Assembly: GCF_964355755.1 (NCBI RefSeq)
Contig: NC_092678.1
Location: forward strand, 25,685,365 to 25,749,364
From: Antedon mediterranea
Taxonomy: Eukaryota; Animalia; Echinodermata
Direction: 5' to 3'
Length of the DNA stretch: 64,000 nucleotides
The notes under the pieces are model-generated. The model was given only the letters and a program-made list of their open reading frames with translations, was not told the origin of the DNA and did not search any database. Position numbers and translations under genes: made by a program. The first letter of the stretch is position 1. Every line of letters begins with the position of its first letter. This document shows, piece by piece, positions 12,458-25,335 of this stretch.

Positions 12458-13548
12458 ATGATGCATGGTAAGTACAGACTTACTGTAGATAAGTTTCCAA
12501 AGTTAGTCGGGGCTCTTTAAATCTTGTGTTTTACAGTTAGAATTATAATTACATTAAAAAATATTGTTTTTATTAATTTATTTGTTAATTTTTTAAATTG
12601 TAAATTAATTTATTTTTATCTTTGTCATAGAATATGAATTATTCACTGTTGTGATGTCATCAATGATGTTGTTTGCATGTGGGCACAATTGCATCGAAAA
12701 TACAAAATCAGTAAATATATTTGGAAAATATAGCTGTGTTTCTATAATTCAAAAGAAATGTTTCAGATATCCAGCAGTTTCAGCCAATGACAACGACTGT
12801 TTGTACACAGGAACAGATCACAAGATGAATGGCTTAAAGTTGCATCATGTTACCCACCGAGTGACCACCCCACACCAAGTGACCACTCTTGATGTTGAAA
12901 CCACTCCTTTGTGGACCACCCCACAGCAACTGACCACCCTTGATGTTAAAACCATATTTTTGTCTACCACCCAGCAAGTAACTACCCTACAACAAGTAAC
13001 CACCCCACAGCAAGTGACCACCCTTGATGTTAAAACCACTTCTTTGTTGACCACCCCACAGCAAGTGACCACCCCGCAGCAACTGACCACCCTTGACGTT
13101 AAAACCACATCTTTGTCTACCACCCAGCAAGTGACCACCCCACAGCAAGTGACCACCCTTGACGTTAAAACCACATTTTTGTCTACCACCCAGCAAGTGA
13201 CCACCACACAGCAAGTGACCACCAAAAAAAAACTGACCACCCTTGACATTAAAACTACTTCTTTGTCTACAACCCAGCAAGTGACCACCCAACAGCAAGT
13301 GACCACCCAACAGCATGTGACCACCCCACAACAACTGACCACCCCACAGCAAGTGACCACTCCACAGCAAGTGACCATAGCCTTGGCAGTGGCAGTGGTG
13401 TTACAATCGGAGCGTTTGGAACTGGTCATCCTGACGGAGATGATGGTTATTTTTATGGAATGATGGATGAAATAAAGTTATATTCAACTAATTTAACGGC
13501 AGATGACACACTCAAACTTTTTAAGTAATATTCTCCGTTACCACGATA
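12458..13548 (+). pseudogene. Internally deleted, frameshifted duplicate of the mucin-LamG gene at 17722-19560
   Basis: Same micro-exon (ATGATGCATG|GTAAGT, 12458-12467) and acceptor (12630/12631) as the intact copy. At about 13377 the Thr repeats join directly to ATAGCCTTGGCAGTGGC (= 19388 in the intact copy), removing most of LamG and shifting frame (stop at 13463). The residual LamG frame also has TAT->TAA. Confidence 0.75.
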
Positions 13549-14428
13549 ATTGAACTTTTACAGAACACGATAAACGATTTTTAATTACATCAGCGAGCAA
13601 TGGGCGTCACCCATCCATCTACTAGTGACACATTATCTATAGATACTAATGTGTTAGGCCTAGCCTCTGTTCAATATTGAATATCGAAACGTGGCAGGCT
13701 ATGGTGCATGACCTTTGACAAGATCACCAAAAATTATAAACTAACTTACAATACTTATTATTTATATATTCATGAATAGCCGCTCCATAATCTCTTTGCT
13801 ATTTCTTCTTTATATCTATTTTTATTATGAAATCATACTAACAAATATAATTTTTATTAATAATATAATCATAACAATTATTTTAATTATTTTAAATATG
13901 TATAAAATAATATAGGTTTTAACCAAAACAACATGGATTAATCATATTGACTATAACAACGCGGAACATCAATTATATATACATAGACTCTTCTATATAG
14001 ACTCTTCCACACATAATGTAACAAATAAAACACTAATGTAATCAAACACCATATACTCTCTCTCTAACCAATTTGTCAATCTTCTATCGACTAAAGCCAA
14101 AGTATAGTCGTTATCTCGGGACCATCCTATGGTTACCATCAGGTAGGCTTACTTCAATAAGGCTTCTATGAATGGATGACGAGTTGGGAGCAGGAACGCT
14201 AGTAGACCATACCCAGTACTGTTTTGATTAAGATCAATCGGGAAATTACCTCACGACACTACAATGCGGAGCGTTCAACAAAATCACAATTAACTTTGGT
14301 CTAAAGCATTCAAACGTGTACAAATTTGGACACACGATTCCAGACAGATACGGTATCCACCTAACCTATTAATTACAATTATAATAATTATACAGTACTA
14401 TATGACATTAAAATTGATAAAATATTAC

Positions 14429-14560
14429 CGATCGTTTGATGACAATTCACACATAACGTTGATAAAGACGCACTTCTTATCCACTGTAAGCATCAACGTG
14501 TAATTCTGATTGGTTCATTCATCAGACACCTTTTCGTGATTGGATGACTCATCAACCAAT
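14429..14560 (-). promoter_or_regulatory. Candidate promoter / non-coding first exon of the whirlin-like gene (duplicated at about 19875-20005)
   Basis: CCAAT boxes at 14509-14513 and 14539-14543 (30 bp apart) and 14556-14560, TGACTCA at 14545-14551, and a minus-strand donor G|GTAATA at 14429/14428. The whirlin-like ATG exon begins with an acceptor (CCCACAG| at 11767), so an upstream exon is required. Confidence 0.4.
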
Positions 14561-14667
14561 CAATTCACAGATGAATTCAATCGGAACAAACTTTTATTAT
14601 GGATTTAAGCTGCTCTGATGACACTCATTATATTAATGTAAATATTAGCTGTGAAACTCTCTTTTAA

Positions 14668-15016
14668 AGATGTATTGTCCCCCTGAAAATTTTGATTTTT
14701 CAATTTTTGTTGTTGAATATGCCATTTTAATGTCACATAATAGTTATTGACTTAGACCAAAAATTGGATCGAAAAAATATTTATTTACCTGAAAAAAAAC
14801 TGGAATTTAAAGCAAAAAATGGTCAAATTGGCTGCCAGCCAATGGATTTTTTGTTGAATTTAACCATTTTTCATGTTATTTTATAAGTGAAAACATTATT
14901 TTTTCCAGTTTTTTTTTCTACGGAAGTAATTCACTTGATTAAAACTACAAAATAACCCATTCAAAGTCTGATTTAATTAATCTTCATTTTTTATGTTTTT
15001 GGGGGACAATACATCT
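14668..15016. mobile_element. MITE with TTAA target site and AG...CT termini (Kolobok-like)
   Basis: TIRs AGATGTATTGTCCCCC / GGGGGACAATACATCT, flanked by TTAA and TCAA. The paralogous block shows the empty site CTCTTTTAACAGTTTC at about 20098-20113. Confidence 0.8.
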
Positions 15017-15444
15017 TCAACAGTTTCAAATCAAAGTATTGATTTATATACTGTAGATTAATATGATTGATGAATATTAAAATGTATTTAAACCGAACTG
15101 TTTATTTTTAAAAAGAAGTTAATTTTGTTTTTTTATACCAAAAACAAAATTCAATACTGTCTAATTAAATATGAGAATATTTAGAGAGTACATAAACAAA
15201 AACAGATGGAGTTAGCTGGACTAACAAATACTATACTGTAGACAGCAAATGATTCAAGCTGAAAGCACTATTGTTCTGATCCTGTTCCTCCATGGAAATA
15301 CTCAGTCATGAATTAAAGCTATTGTTAATAATTATATTCAATTGATGAATTTGACAACAAAAGATGGTTAATGAGAGATGAAGGATCATGTACTCTGTTC
15401 AGTCATGAAGCAAAAAATGGTTTAGTTTAGTGTACTAATGATAC

Positions 15445-15845
15445 TGTACTTAAACGACAAATTAAAAACCTCCTTTCTACTCTCACTGAGATGCTAAATG
15501 GATAATTTTAAAGATGTTTACATGTAGTCTACAAAATGATATGTACTTAAATGACAAATTAAAAACCTCCTTTCTACTCTCACTGAGATGCTAAATGATA
15601 TGTACTTAAACGACAAATTAAAAACCTCCTTTCTACTCTCACTGAGATGCTAAATGATATGTACTTAAATGACAAATTAAAAACCTCCTTTCTACTCTCA
15701 CTGAGATGCTAAATGATATGTACTTAAACGACAAATTAAAAACCTCCTTTCTACTCTCACTGAGATGCTAAATGGATAATTTTAAAGATGTTTACATGTA
15801 GTCTACAAAATGATATGTACTTAAATGACAAATTTAAACCTCCAT
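15445..15845. repeat. 59-bp tandem repeat with two longer variant units
   Basis: Unit AAATGATATGTACTTAAAYGACAAATTAAAAACCTCCTTTCTACTCTCACTGAGATGCT. Confidence 0.9.
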
Positions 15846-17721
15846 TTTCATTGTGGTGCTAAATGGATAATTAATATTTCTGTAACATTTCAATATAAGT
15901 CTAAATTTAGTATAATACTAATAATCCTGATGTTTGTATTTTGATCATCTGCTACATGTAAGTACACTACTGCTGCTGTGGTAAGAAAGCTGTTGAAATG
16001 AAATGTACAGTATTTTAACTACAGTACTGTATGATCAGGGAAGAGTAAAATTGACAAACAACAACCCAATTTCTTCTTAAAAATGTCAATATAAGTCTGA
16101 ACTTAATACAATACTTTACTAAATACTAATAATCTTAATGTTGTGTATTGTGATCATCTGTTGCTAAGTACTCTAAGACACACATGTACAGTAAGACCAT
16201 AGCGACAAAAGTAAGACTAAGCTGTTTTAAATGAAATTTAAATACAGTGTGACAAAAAAAAACAATATCTGCAGCACAGCATAGATGATTATACTATAGT
16301 TCATATTATTGTAGTTTTAATTTAAAAAGATGCACATTAGATTAATATTCGGGGAATCTCTATGGGGAGCCAATGCTTTGTACACTCTGGCTATTAAATA
16401 GTAACAATGCTCCACCCAGCACAAATTACTCATCACGCTGAATGTTTGTGTGAAAATTATTATAGAATAAACGTGCAGGGAATTGTACTTACATTACTCT
16501 TTAATCGCATTATGTTATGTATTTAAAATGTAGATTCAGGATAGGAAATATATCAGTATGTAATGAGAAATTATTTTTATAATTTACTGTAGATGTTTTT
16601 GGAAGATTTTTTTTTTACTGTAATACTATATTATATACAGTATATTTAATATAAATTTATATATACTGTATAGAACACCAGATAATTACTGTAATCTAAT
16701 AAAATTGCTCATAGGTGTCAGAGGGATCCAGGATTTTGAAATAGGGGCCATTACAATTTGTGAAATTTAGAGGGGCTGGCTGAACCCCCTTTCCCTGGGT
16801 GCAGTAGTAGTACATTACATATAACAAATACTGCTGGTATTAAACTGATCAAACACAAATGAGGGTGGGGTGAGAGAAAAGGGTAGAAAGAGCATGTGGG
16901 TCTTAAATTGGAATAGATTGTTTTATTTCTACTATAACTTTTTTTGACACTTTGTCCAATTTAAGTTCTTAAATCGATTTAAGTTTGCCACTTTGTATGT
17001 TTCATGTTTTGTAATTTAATGTGCTTTTAATTCTATATTTATATCTGAAGAGTTTTAAGGCATCCTGTAATTGGCGATTTTTCGCTGTCGGATGTGGTGG
17101 AAATAAAATAAAATTCAAGGCACAGTAGTCAATTTGAAGTTGGTAGCAAGGAATCGTCAATTTAATTAAGTCAAATTTGAAGTGTAGATTAATTGTACAT
17201 ATTAATTGTACATATTAGTTACATCTATTGATACATTGAATCACCCTACATATTGTGTACCTGAGTGCTATTGTAGAGTTACTCTAAGTCCCTATTTGAT
17301 CAAGTTTATTACCGGATATTAAAAATAACAATGATTCTCGTATATTTCTGTAATCCGCACTTGTATATTAGAGTCTTTTTGTTAAACAAAATGCTTTTGA
17401 AAAATAATTTAGGCAAAAATCAATGCATGTTGATGTGTATTGATTAATCTTGTTATTGGTTATTTTCGCTTAATCAGAACTAAGTATCACTATCAAAGTT
17501 TGAAAGGAACGATGAATTTGTTCGCAAAACAAATAATCATTTTAGTGTATAATGTTACATGTCTTTATTGGAACATTACGTTCCACCATAGGTTGAATGG
17601 TTACTGTAGGTTTTAAATAACAACATTATAGACAGTACAAACAGTTTGGTTCTAAGAGCAGACTAGAGAAACATTGGCTAATGTTATTACTACTGAGTGA
17701 GATACATTAATAACATTTGAT

Positions 17722-19560
17722 ATGATGCATGGTAAGTACAGACTTACTGTAGAAGTTTCCAAAGTTAGTCAGGGCTCTTTATATCTGGTGTTTTACAATT
17801 AGAATTATAATTACATTAATATTAATTTGTTTGTTAATTTTTTAAACCATAAATTTGTTGTTTTTTTTTTGGTCATAGAATATGAACTATTCACTGTTGT
17901 GATGTCATCAATGATGTTGTTTGCATGTGGGCAAAATTGCAACGAAAATACAAAATTAGTAAATATATTTGGAAAATATAGCTGTGTTTCTATAATTCAA
18001 AAGAAATGTTTCAGATATCCAGCAGTTTCAGCCAACGACAACGACTGTTTGTACACAGAAACAGATCACAAGATGAATAGCTTAATGTTGCATCATGTTA
18101 CCCATCGAGTGACCACCCCACACCAAGTGACCACTCTTGATGTTGAAACCACTCCTCCTTTGTTGACCACCTCACAACAAGTGACCACCTCACAGCAACT
18201 GACCACCTTTGATGTTAAAACTACTTCTTTGTCTACCACCCAGCAAGTGACCACCCTGCAGCAAGTGACCACCCTGCAGCAAGTGACAACCCTGCAGCAA
18301 GTGGCCACCCAACAAAAACGGACCACCCTTGACATTAAAACTACTTCTTTGTCTACCACCCAGCAAGTGACCACCCCACAGCAAGTGACCACCCAACAAA
18401 AACTGACCACCCTTAACATTAAAACTACTTCTTTGTCTACCACCCAGCAAGTGACCATCCCACAGCAAGTGACCACCCCACAGCCACTGACCACTCCACA
18501 GCCACTGACCACTCCACAGCCACTGACTACCCCACAGCCACTGTCTACCCCACAACAAGTGACCACTCCACAGCAAGTGACCACCCCACAGCCACTGACC
18601 ACTCCACAGCCACTGACCACTCCACAGCCACTGACTACCCCACAGCCACTGTCTACCCCACAACAAGTGACCACTCCACAGCAAGTGACCACCCCACAAC
18701 CACTGACCGCCCCACAGCCACTGACCACTCCACAGCCACTGTCTACCCCACAACAAGTGACCACTCAACAGCAAGTGACCACCCCACAACCACTGACCAC
18801 TCCACAGCCACTGACCACTCCACAGCCACTGTCTACCCCACAACAAGTGACCACCCCACAGCAAGTGACCACTCCACAGCCACTGACCACCCCACAGCCA
18901 CTGACCACCCTTGATGTACTGAATTCCAATCTATTGGCACATTATTCATTTGAAGACAATTTAAATGATGTATCTGGTAATGGTTATGATGGCGCTGTCG
19001 TTGGTTCAGGAGTAACATACACTCAAGGACCACAAGGAAAAGCAGTACAATTTAATGGAAACTTTAGACTGTACATGGAAAAGTTTGAAACATACAACTT
19101 TGGTTCTGAATTTTCATTCAGTTTACTTTTAAATTGTGTCCCACCTACCACTGGAGGGATTGGATTTATTAGTAATGGATTCCAGAATTCCGGCACTTGG
19201 GAGGTGAAAATAAAAAGCAACGGCCCGTTTCGAATTTCAGTTTTTGGACCTCCACCGGAATTAACCATTGACATTGCCGATTTTCGCTTTAATGAATGGA
19301 TCCATGTTGTTTTCACATTTGGTGGAAAAACATCAACTGTCTATATAAATGGGGTACTGACCGATAGTGTGTGTTGTGCTGATTTGGATAGCCTTGGCAG
19401 TGGCAGTGGTGTTACAATCGGAGCTTTTGGAACTGGTCATCGCGAAAGCGATGATGGTTATTTTTACGGAATGATGGATGAAATTAAGTTATATTCAACC
19501 CATTTAACGGCAGATGAAGCAGTTAAACTTTTTAATTATTATTCTCCGTTACCACCATAA
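17722..19560 (+). CDS. Putative secreted mucin-like protein: short Cys-containing N-terminus, (Q/P)-(V/L)-T-T-P-Q repeats, C-terminal LamG/ConA-like (Laminin_G_3/pentraxin-type) domain, about 563 aa
   Basis: Micro-exon 17722-17731 (MMH-G|GTAAGT) splices in frame to 17879-19560. A weak hydrophobic N-terminus is followed by 18-bp Thr-rich repeats (about 18110-18910), then LLAHYSFEDNLNDVSGNGYDG...GKAVQFNG...NEWIHVVFTF...VYING...YFYGMMDEIKLYSTHLT, a typical Laminin_G_3 pattern. Confidence 0.8.
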
Positions 19561-20602
19561 TCGAACTTTTACAGAACACGATAAATGATTTTTAATACAT
19601 CAGCGAGCAATCCGTCCATCTACTATAGTACTAGTGACGCAATTATCTATTTTAGTATCAGTGTAGGCCTAGCCGCCGCTGCAAACTAACCTCGCCGCCT
19701 CGGAGCCTATCACTACAATGCGGAGGGTTCAACAAAATCCAAAATAACTTCTGGCTAAAGCATTCAAACATGTGCAAATTTGGACACACGATTCCCGACA
19801 GATACGGTATCCACCTAACCTATTAATTACATTTATAATATACTATATGACATTAAAATGGATAAAATATTTACCGTTTGTTCGCTGACAATTCACACAT
19901 AACGTTGATAAGGACGCACTTCTTATCGCTGTAAGCATTATCGTGTAATTCTGATTGGTTAATTCATCAGACGCCTTTTTGTGATTGGATGACTCATCAA
20001 CCAATCAATTCACAGATGAATTCAATCGGAACAAACTTTTATTATGGATTTAAGCTTCTCTGACGTCACTCTTAATGTAAATATTAACTGCGAAACTCTC
20101 TTTTAACAGTTTCAAATCATAGTATTGATTTATATAGATTAATATTAATGGATATTACAATGTATTTAAACCGAACTGTTTATTTTCGATTAGTAGATCA
20201 AGTGAAATTACTAAAAAAATATTAATATTAAAAAAAAGCCTCTATGTTAATTGACTATCTCGTTGTATATCGTGAATGTCTGAAAATGATGATTATGATT
20301 AGATAATTTTTGATTAAAGATTAGTGATTTTAATGATGGCCATTGTTTATTATAATGAAATTGGCGTTGTAAACTGTGACGTAGTTCCTAATGTTCTGAT
20401 TTCGATACATACGGTACCATGTCCGTGTTTGTACTTGATAAAAAAAAGTATAGAACATATTTTCATAGACAACACCACCATACGTTTACAAGCGTTCCAT
20501 TGAACGCACCATGCACGCGTAAGTGCCCATGTTACGTAATGACATAATATGTTAACGAAAATAACCAATATGGCATTTTGAATAGATTTCCACACAAAAT
20601 TG

Positions 20603-20612
20603 GGTATAAAAA
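20603..20612 (+). promoter_or_regulatory. TATA box of the VWC-FAMeT gene
   Basis: GGTATAAAAA lies about 65 bp upstream of the ATG at 20672. Confidence 0.5.
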
Positions 20613-20671
20613 GTAGAAAATCGTTATCAATGTATCCTTTTGGTTGTTCGAAGCGAAAGAACGGCTACAAC

Positions 20672-23600
20672 ATGGAGTTGTTTGTTGTAATGCTAACTAT
20701 AGCAAGCCTTGGCAGCCTGTCTGTTGCTCAATATGCGGGAGGCTATGACGATCCTAAACTCGTGCCAGTAAACGGTTGTTTAAGCGGCAAAAGGTTCTAC
20801 TCTCCTGGTCAGAGAATAAACGACCTAATCTCTTGCGAAGATCAGTGTAGATGTGACTTAATTTCGGAGAATGAATACGAGATTATTTGTCGATCTAGAC
20901 GAGTGTGTCCTTTTGTAGATTCTCGATGTGTACAGCCGATAGTTGACGAGTGTGGCTGCTCACACTGTGACATTAGTAAGTCTCTTTTTTTAATTTATTT
21001 TATTTTTATTTTATTCAATTGAAATCAACAGCGATAATTACCGCCACTCACAGGTTTGATACAAACAAAGCCAGGACTGTTTAAAGCACCTAGATTGGTC
21101 CTAACATTGATCAATACTTCTCTCGAATTCAAAACATTAAAAACAGTACAGTAACGAAATGAATTCAGGGTAGCACAAAATAGTAACCAATTGTCAAACT
21201 GATTTCCATTGTTGCCCTTAAATAGGTATAGAATATTGTTATATAAAATTAGGCAATTACAATTAAATATAAATATAACTTTCTATATCTTTTTCTAGTG
21301 TATTGTACTACTAAGTTAGGTTTGATTCCTTGTAGTGTATTGTATATATACATACCGTAGGCCTACACGAATCGCCTAAGGTTTAAAACAATTGTATAAG
21401 CATGAAGGATTTGAAAGTGTGCTCTAGTGTGATTTTCTTTACCGAATTTGGGTTAGGGTTACGTTAAGTTTATTAGACATACGGTAGGCCTACAAGAATC
21501 GGCTGAGGTTTAAAACATTTTTATGAGCATGACGAATTTGAAAGTACAGTATTCTTATGTGATTTTTTAAAATATTTTTTACAGGATTTGATAGTTACGT
21601 TAACTTTAACACTGATAAATTTTACCAGTTCGTTTACTATCAAAATCAACTCGAAACGGAAGGCGGCATCTTCTTAAACTTTCGCGTGAACACCAAACGA
21701 GATGCGTACATCGCGCTGTCACCAGAGCCCCAGGATTCCACCACGATGTATGTGGTAGGGGTTGGTATTTACGGAAATCGCCTGTCAGTGATTCGACGCT
21801 GTAAGGATTGCACCGCGGTACAATACAGAGTCACTAAAGGTACATTTTAAATCATTTTAACAGTGACTATTTAAAATGAACTAATGCTGTTCAATTCAAT
21901 TACATGATTAACAAGTTTTTTTTTGTAAAGCTTGGTTACTACTAGGACGCAACGCAAGAACGTACGCGCAACGCAAGTATTTGACCAATCACGACACGGT
22001 CATTCAAACTGTTGACATTGGTACGTCAACTCACTTGCGTTGCGCGTACTTCCTTGCATTGTGTCCAAGTGGTAACCAAGAAATACTAAATTACGTAAAT
22101 GCTTAGGCCTATATTTATTATAAATATTCATTTTGTAGGTATTATAAACAGTAGGAAATCGACAGAAATGTGGCTTTCATTCGCGAATGGCCAGCTTGCA
22201 GTAGGCCTAGCAGGAGAGCCTAGCTTTATCAGCTACACAGACTCTGAACCAATTGACGTCAAATATCTTGGTATGGCAACCGGATGGGCCAGTTCCGGAT
22301 TTTGGCAAATTGCTGAACTTGGTAAATATAATATCTTTGTTACCAGAATTTTCTTGTTGGTGTTTGAAGTAAACGTTTCTTCTACACGGGAAATATTAAG
22401 ATTATAATAAAAAAACACACCTATTAATTAACTGACGTTAATATTACTAGGCCACAGAATATAGCAACGGCAGTGCAGTTGTACCCCCACGACAATGCGA
22501 CAATGATGATAGAAATAATGTAGGCTATGATTCTAACAAATAAAACCTTTTTTCTTTTAGATTCCAAAACAATCGGCTCCAACTTCCTTTTGTCTGGTAA
22601 GTACGACTTAGCTAAGTTGCTAAGGTTTTTATTTTCTATTCGGATTTCGTTTGAGTGTCTATGTGTTTCTCATTGAGCAATCGATGGATAGTTTCGCGTA
22701 TATTATGGCCAGTGCAATTGTCTTAATTGTTTGCAGACCTATCCCCGTATATGAGTAGATGTTGAGTAGAATTGATCAACAACGGAACACACATAAGATA
22801 ATAAAGCATTCGGTTTCCTTTTTAGAATGTGCCGAACTGGTTGATATTACACACACTTGGACACGTATTGAAACGAGCGACGTATCCTTATTTGGATTTA
22901 AACTTAAAACTAAAAGTGAAATAATTCTTAAACTTTCATCCAGTGATCAAAAGTATTTCTATGAAATCGAAATTAGAAAACGAAACAAACAATCACGTAT
23001 CCGAAAATGTAATTACGAAGTTGGGTGTCACCTGGAATGCGCTACTGCCAAAACGAACTACTTAAAAAATGATTGTGCGTTCTGCGTCGTCGTCCACGAC
23101 AACGGGTTGATTGAGGTCAGTCGCGAAGGGGATTCCCCGTTTTTGACGTGGATAGATTATGATAACGTGATTGTATCCGAGCTGGAAGTTACAACTTTTG
23201 ATGACGCCGCTACAAATAAGTTTAGTTATTGCCAAATACAAGAACAATTTTACGCGTCAAGAGGTAAATGTCTATCTCGAGTAATAAATGCCTTCTTCTT
23301 AGTTTGTTATTTGTAACATGTTATTAATTAAAATGGGTTTTTTCAGAGTTCACGTCATACGTTTCTCTAACGACTACAACAGATGACTACGTGTATATAG
23401 ACAACAAGCTAGTATCCGAAAGACTTGAATTTTACATCCAAGCGTCCAGTGACGTCATTATACTTTTGTCCCCAACGAAAGACAACAGTGAAGTGTACAA
23501 GATTGTCATCTCGAACAGCGTGTCGTCATTAAGTCACTGCCACAGCAAGGACGATTGTGAGGTTAAGGAAACTGCTTACACACAGAACATCATATCGTCG

Positions 23601-25134
23601 ACGTCACGACGCGGATTTTGGCTGGTTTTCCATCGATCTGGATTGGTGGAGGTTGGCGAGGAAAACAAGATGCCGTTTTTGGAATGGCAAGACCCTTACG
23701 CATTAGCTGTTACTTACTTTGGCTATGCAACGACTGCAGGAGGCTACGCTTCCATCGAATTATCAATTGTAGAATTACCTCAGACTCAACATTTGATAGG
23801 TGGTAAGTTGACATATATAACTTGTTTATGCAAGGGGCATGCATTTCTCTTAGCTGAGTCACCCAGTACTGTACCTATGTATTAGTAGTATGTGGTTTTC
23901 TTGATAGGTGGTGAGTTGACATAAACTAGTTTATACATTAGGGGCCTGTGCATTTTCCCCTAGCTGAGTCACCCAATACTGTATGTATTATAGTAGTTCT
24001 CAAACATTGAATGTTTAGACAGGATGCATACTATGCTAGCAATGCTCAATTATTATTATTATGTGATTTTCTTTTTGTTTCAGAGTTTAAAGCTCCTTTC
24101 GATGTGAAAACAACAACAAACGACTTTGTATATCTTGACTACTCCTTTGGAAGTGACAGACGATTGGAGTTCTACGTCACAGCGTCATCAGATGTCTATA
24201 TTTCTCTATCACCATTCCAAAACGATACTGAATTCTACCAAATAATCCTTGCAACCGGTCCTTCAGGAATCTCGACGCTTAGTCACTGCTTTGACAAATA
24301 CGAATGCCACGTTAAGGCGACCACCATCACTAAGGATGTCCTACCGGGGACAAGGAAAGGTTTCTGGATCGTGTTTGATCCAGCCGGTCAGGTAGATGTG
24401 GGTCGAGATGGGTTAAGTCCGTTCTTATCTTGGGAAGACCCATATCCTTTGGAAGTCAACTACCTTGGCTATGCTACTATTACGAATGGAAATGCTGACA
24501 TTACATTCAATCTTAAAGAAGCAAAATCTAGCAACTATGACATCAAAGGTAATTAAGTTTCGAAATTCGTTGGAATTGAATTGAATTAAAATTGGATTTT
24601 CAATCCATTTAACATACAACATTCATGAATGTGCATTTATTGTATTAAAGTATCATAATTTGTTTTCTTGCAGAATTTCAAAATCCTCTACCCTTCACAT
24701 CAACCTCTGACGACTATACATACCTTGGTTACCAGTTAAAAGACCGAACTGTCGAGTTTTTCATCAAAGCAGGCAATGACGTCAGCATTGCACTCGGACC
24801 AAATCGTAACGATATCGAGTTTTACCGAATAACCTTCGCTTATGGCTCGTACGCAAATTGTACGTTAAGTCACTGCTTCGATAAAAACGACTGTCATGTG
24901 AAAGCTTGGGCGATAACTGATGATATTATATCGAGTACCGAGTCACGTGGCTTCTGGATAAAGTTTAACCCAAGCGGTAAAGTTGACGTAGGGCGAGACG
25001 GTTACACAGCGTTCATGTCTTGGGAGGACCCGTATCCCTTGGATACCAACTACATCGGGTACGCGAGCGTGGACGGTGGTAACTTGGCAATTATCTTTGA
25101 CAAGAGAGATTTTGTTACAGTTTATACAAAGTAG
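20672..25134 (+). CDS. Secreted protein: signal peptide + VWC-like Cys-rich domain + five farnesoic-acid-O-methyltransferase-like (FAMeT / Methyltransf_FA) domains, about 865 aa, 8 exons
   Basis: Exons 20672-20975, 21585-21839, 22139-22321, 22561-22596, 22826-23263, 23347-23802, 24084-24548 and 24674-25134, all with phase-1 GT-AG introns, total 2598 nt. Signal peptide MELFVVMLTIASLGSLSVA. The repeated motif F.V.A..D..I.LSP....Y.I...S...C...GFWI.F...G.V.VGR.G..PF.SW.DP.P..V.Y.G.ATG matches the FAMeT consensus. Confidence 0.85.
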
Positions 25135-25335
25135 TTTTTATTGGTTAAAAGGGTTTTGTCTGCGTCAGATCGTCTGCGAAAACGGTGTAATTGTAGGGCC
25201 CGTTCAGACCTTGTAATTTACCAGGATAAGTTGACCTCCCACGAAAGTTAGCGATAATTAGTCCATGAAATAACTTAGTGGGTAAATTAATTGAGCCTGA
25301 ACGGCGGGATCATAGTGTGTAGGCGCGTATCACTA

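Noticed and set aside
12845-18864. Cys/Val-rich and Trp/Gly-rich ORFs on the minus strand (keratin-associated- or metallothionein-like appearance)
   Set aside because: Antisense shadows of the Thr/Pro/Gln mucin repeats.
21449-21465. GGGTTAGGGTTA telomere-like motif
   Set aside because: Only about 2 units, which is expected by chance.
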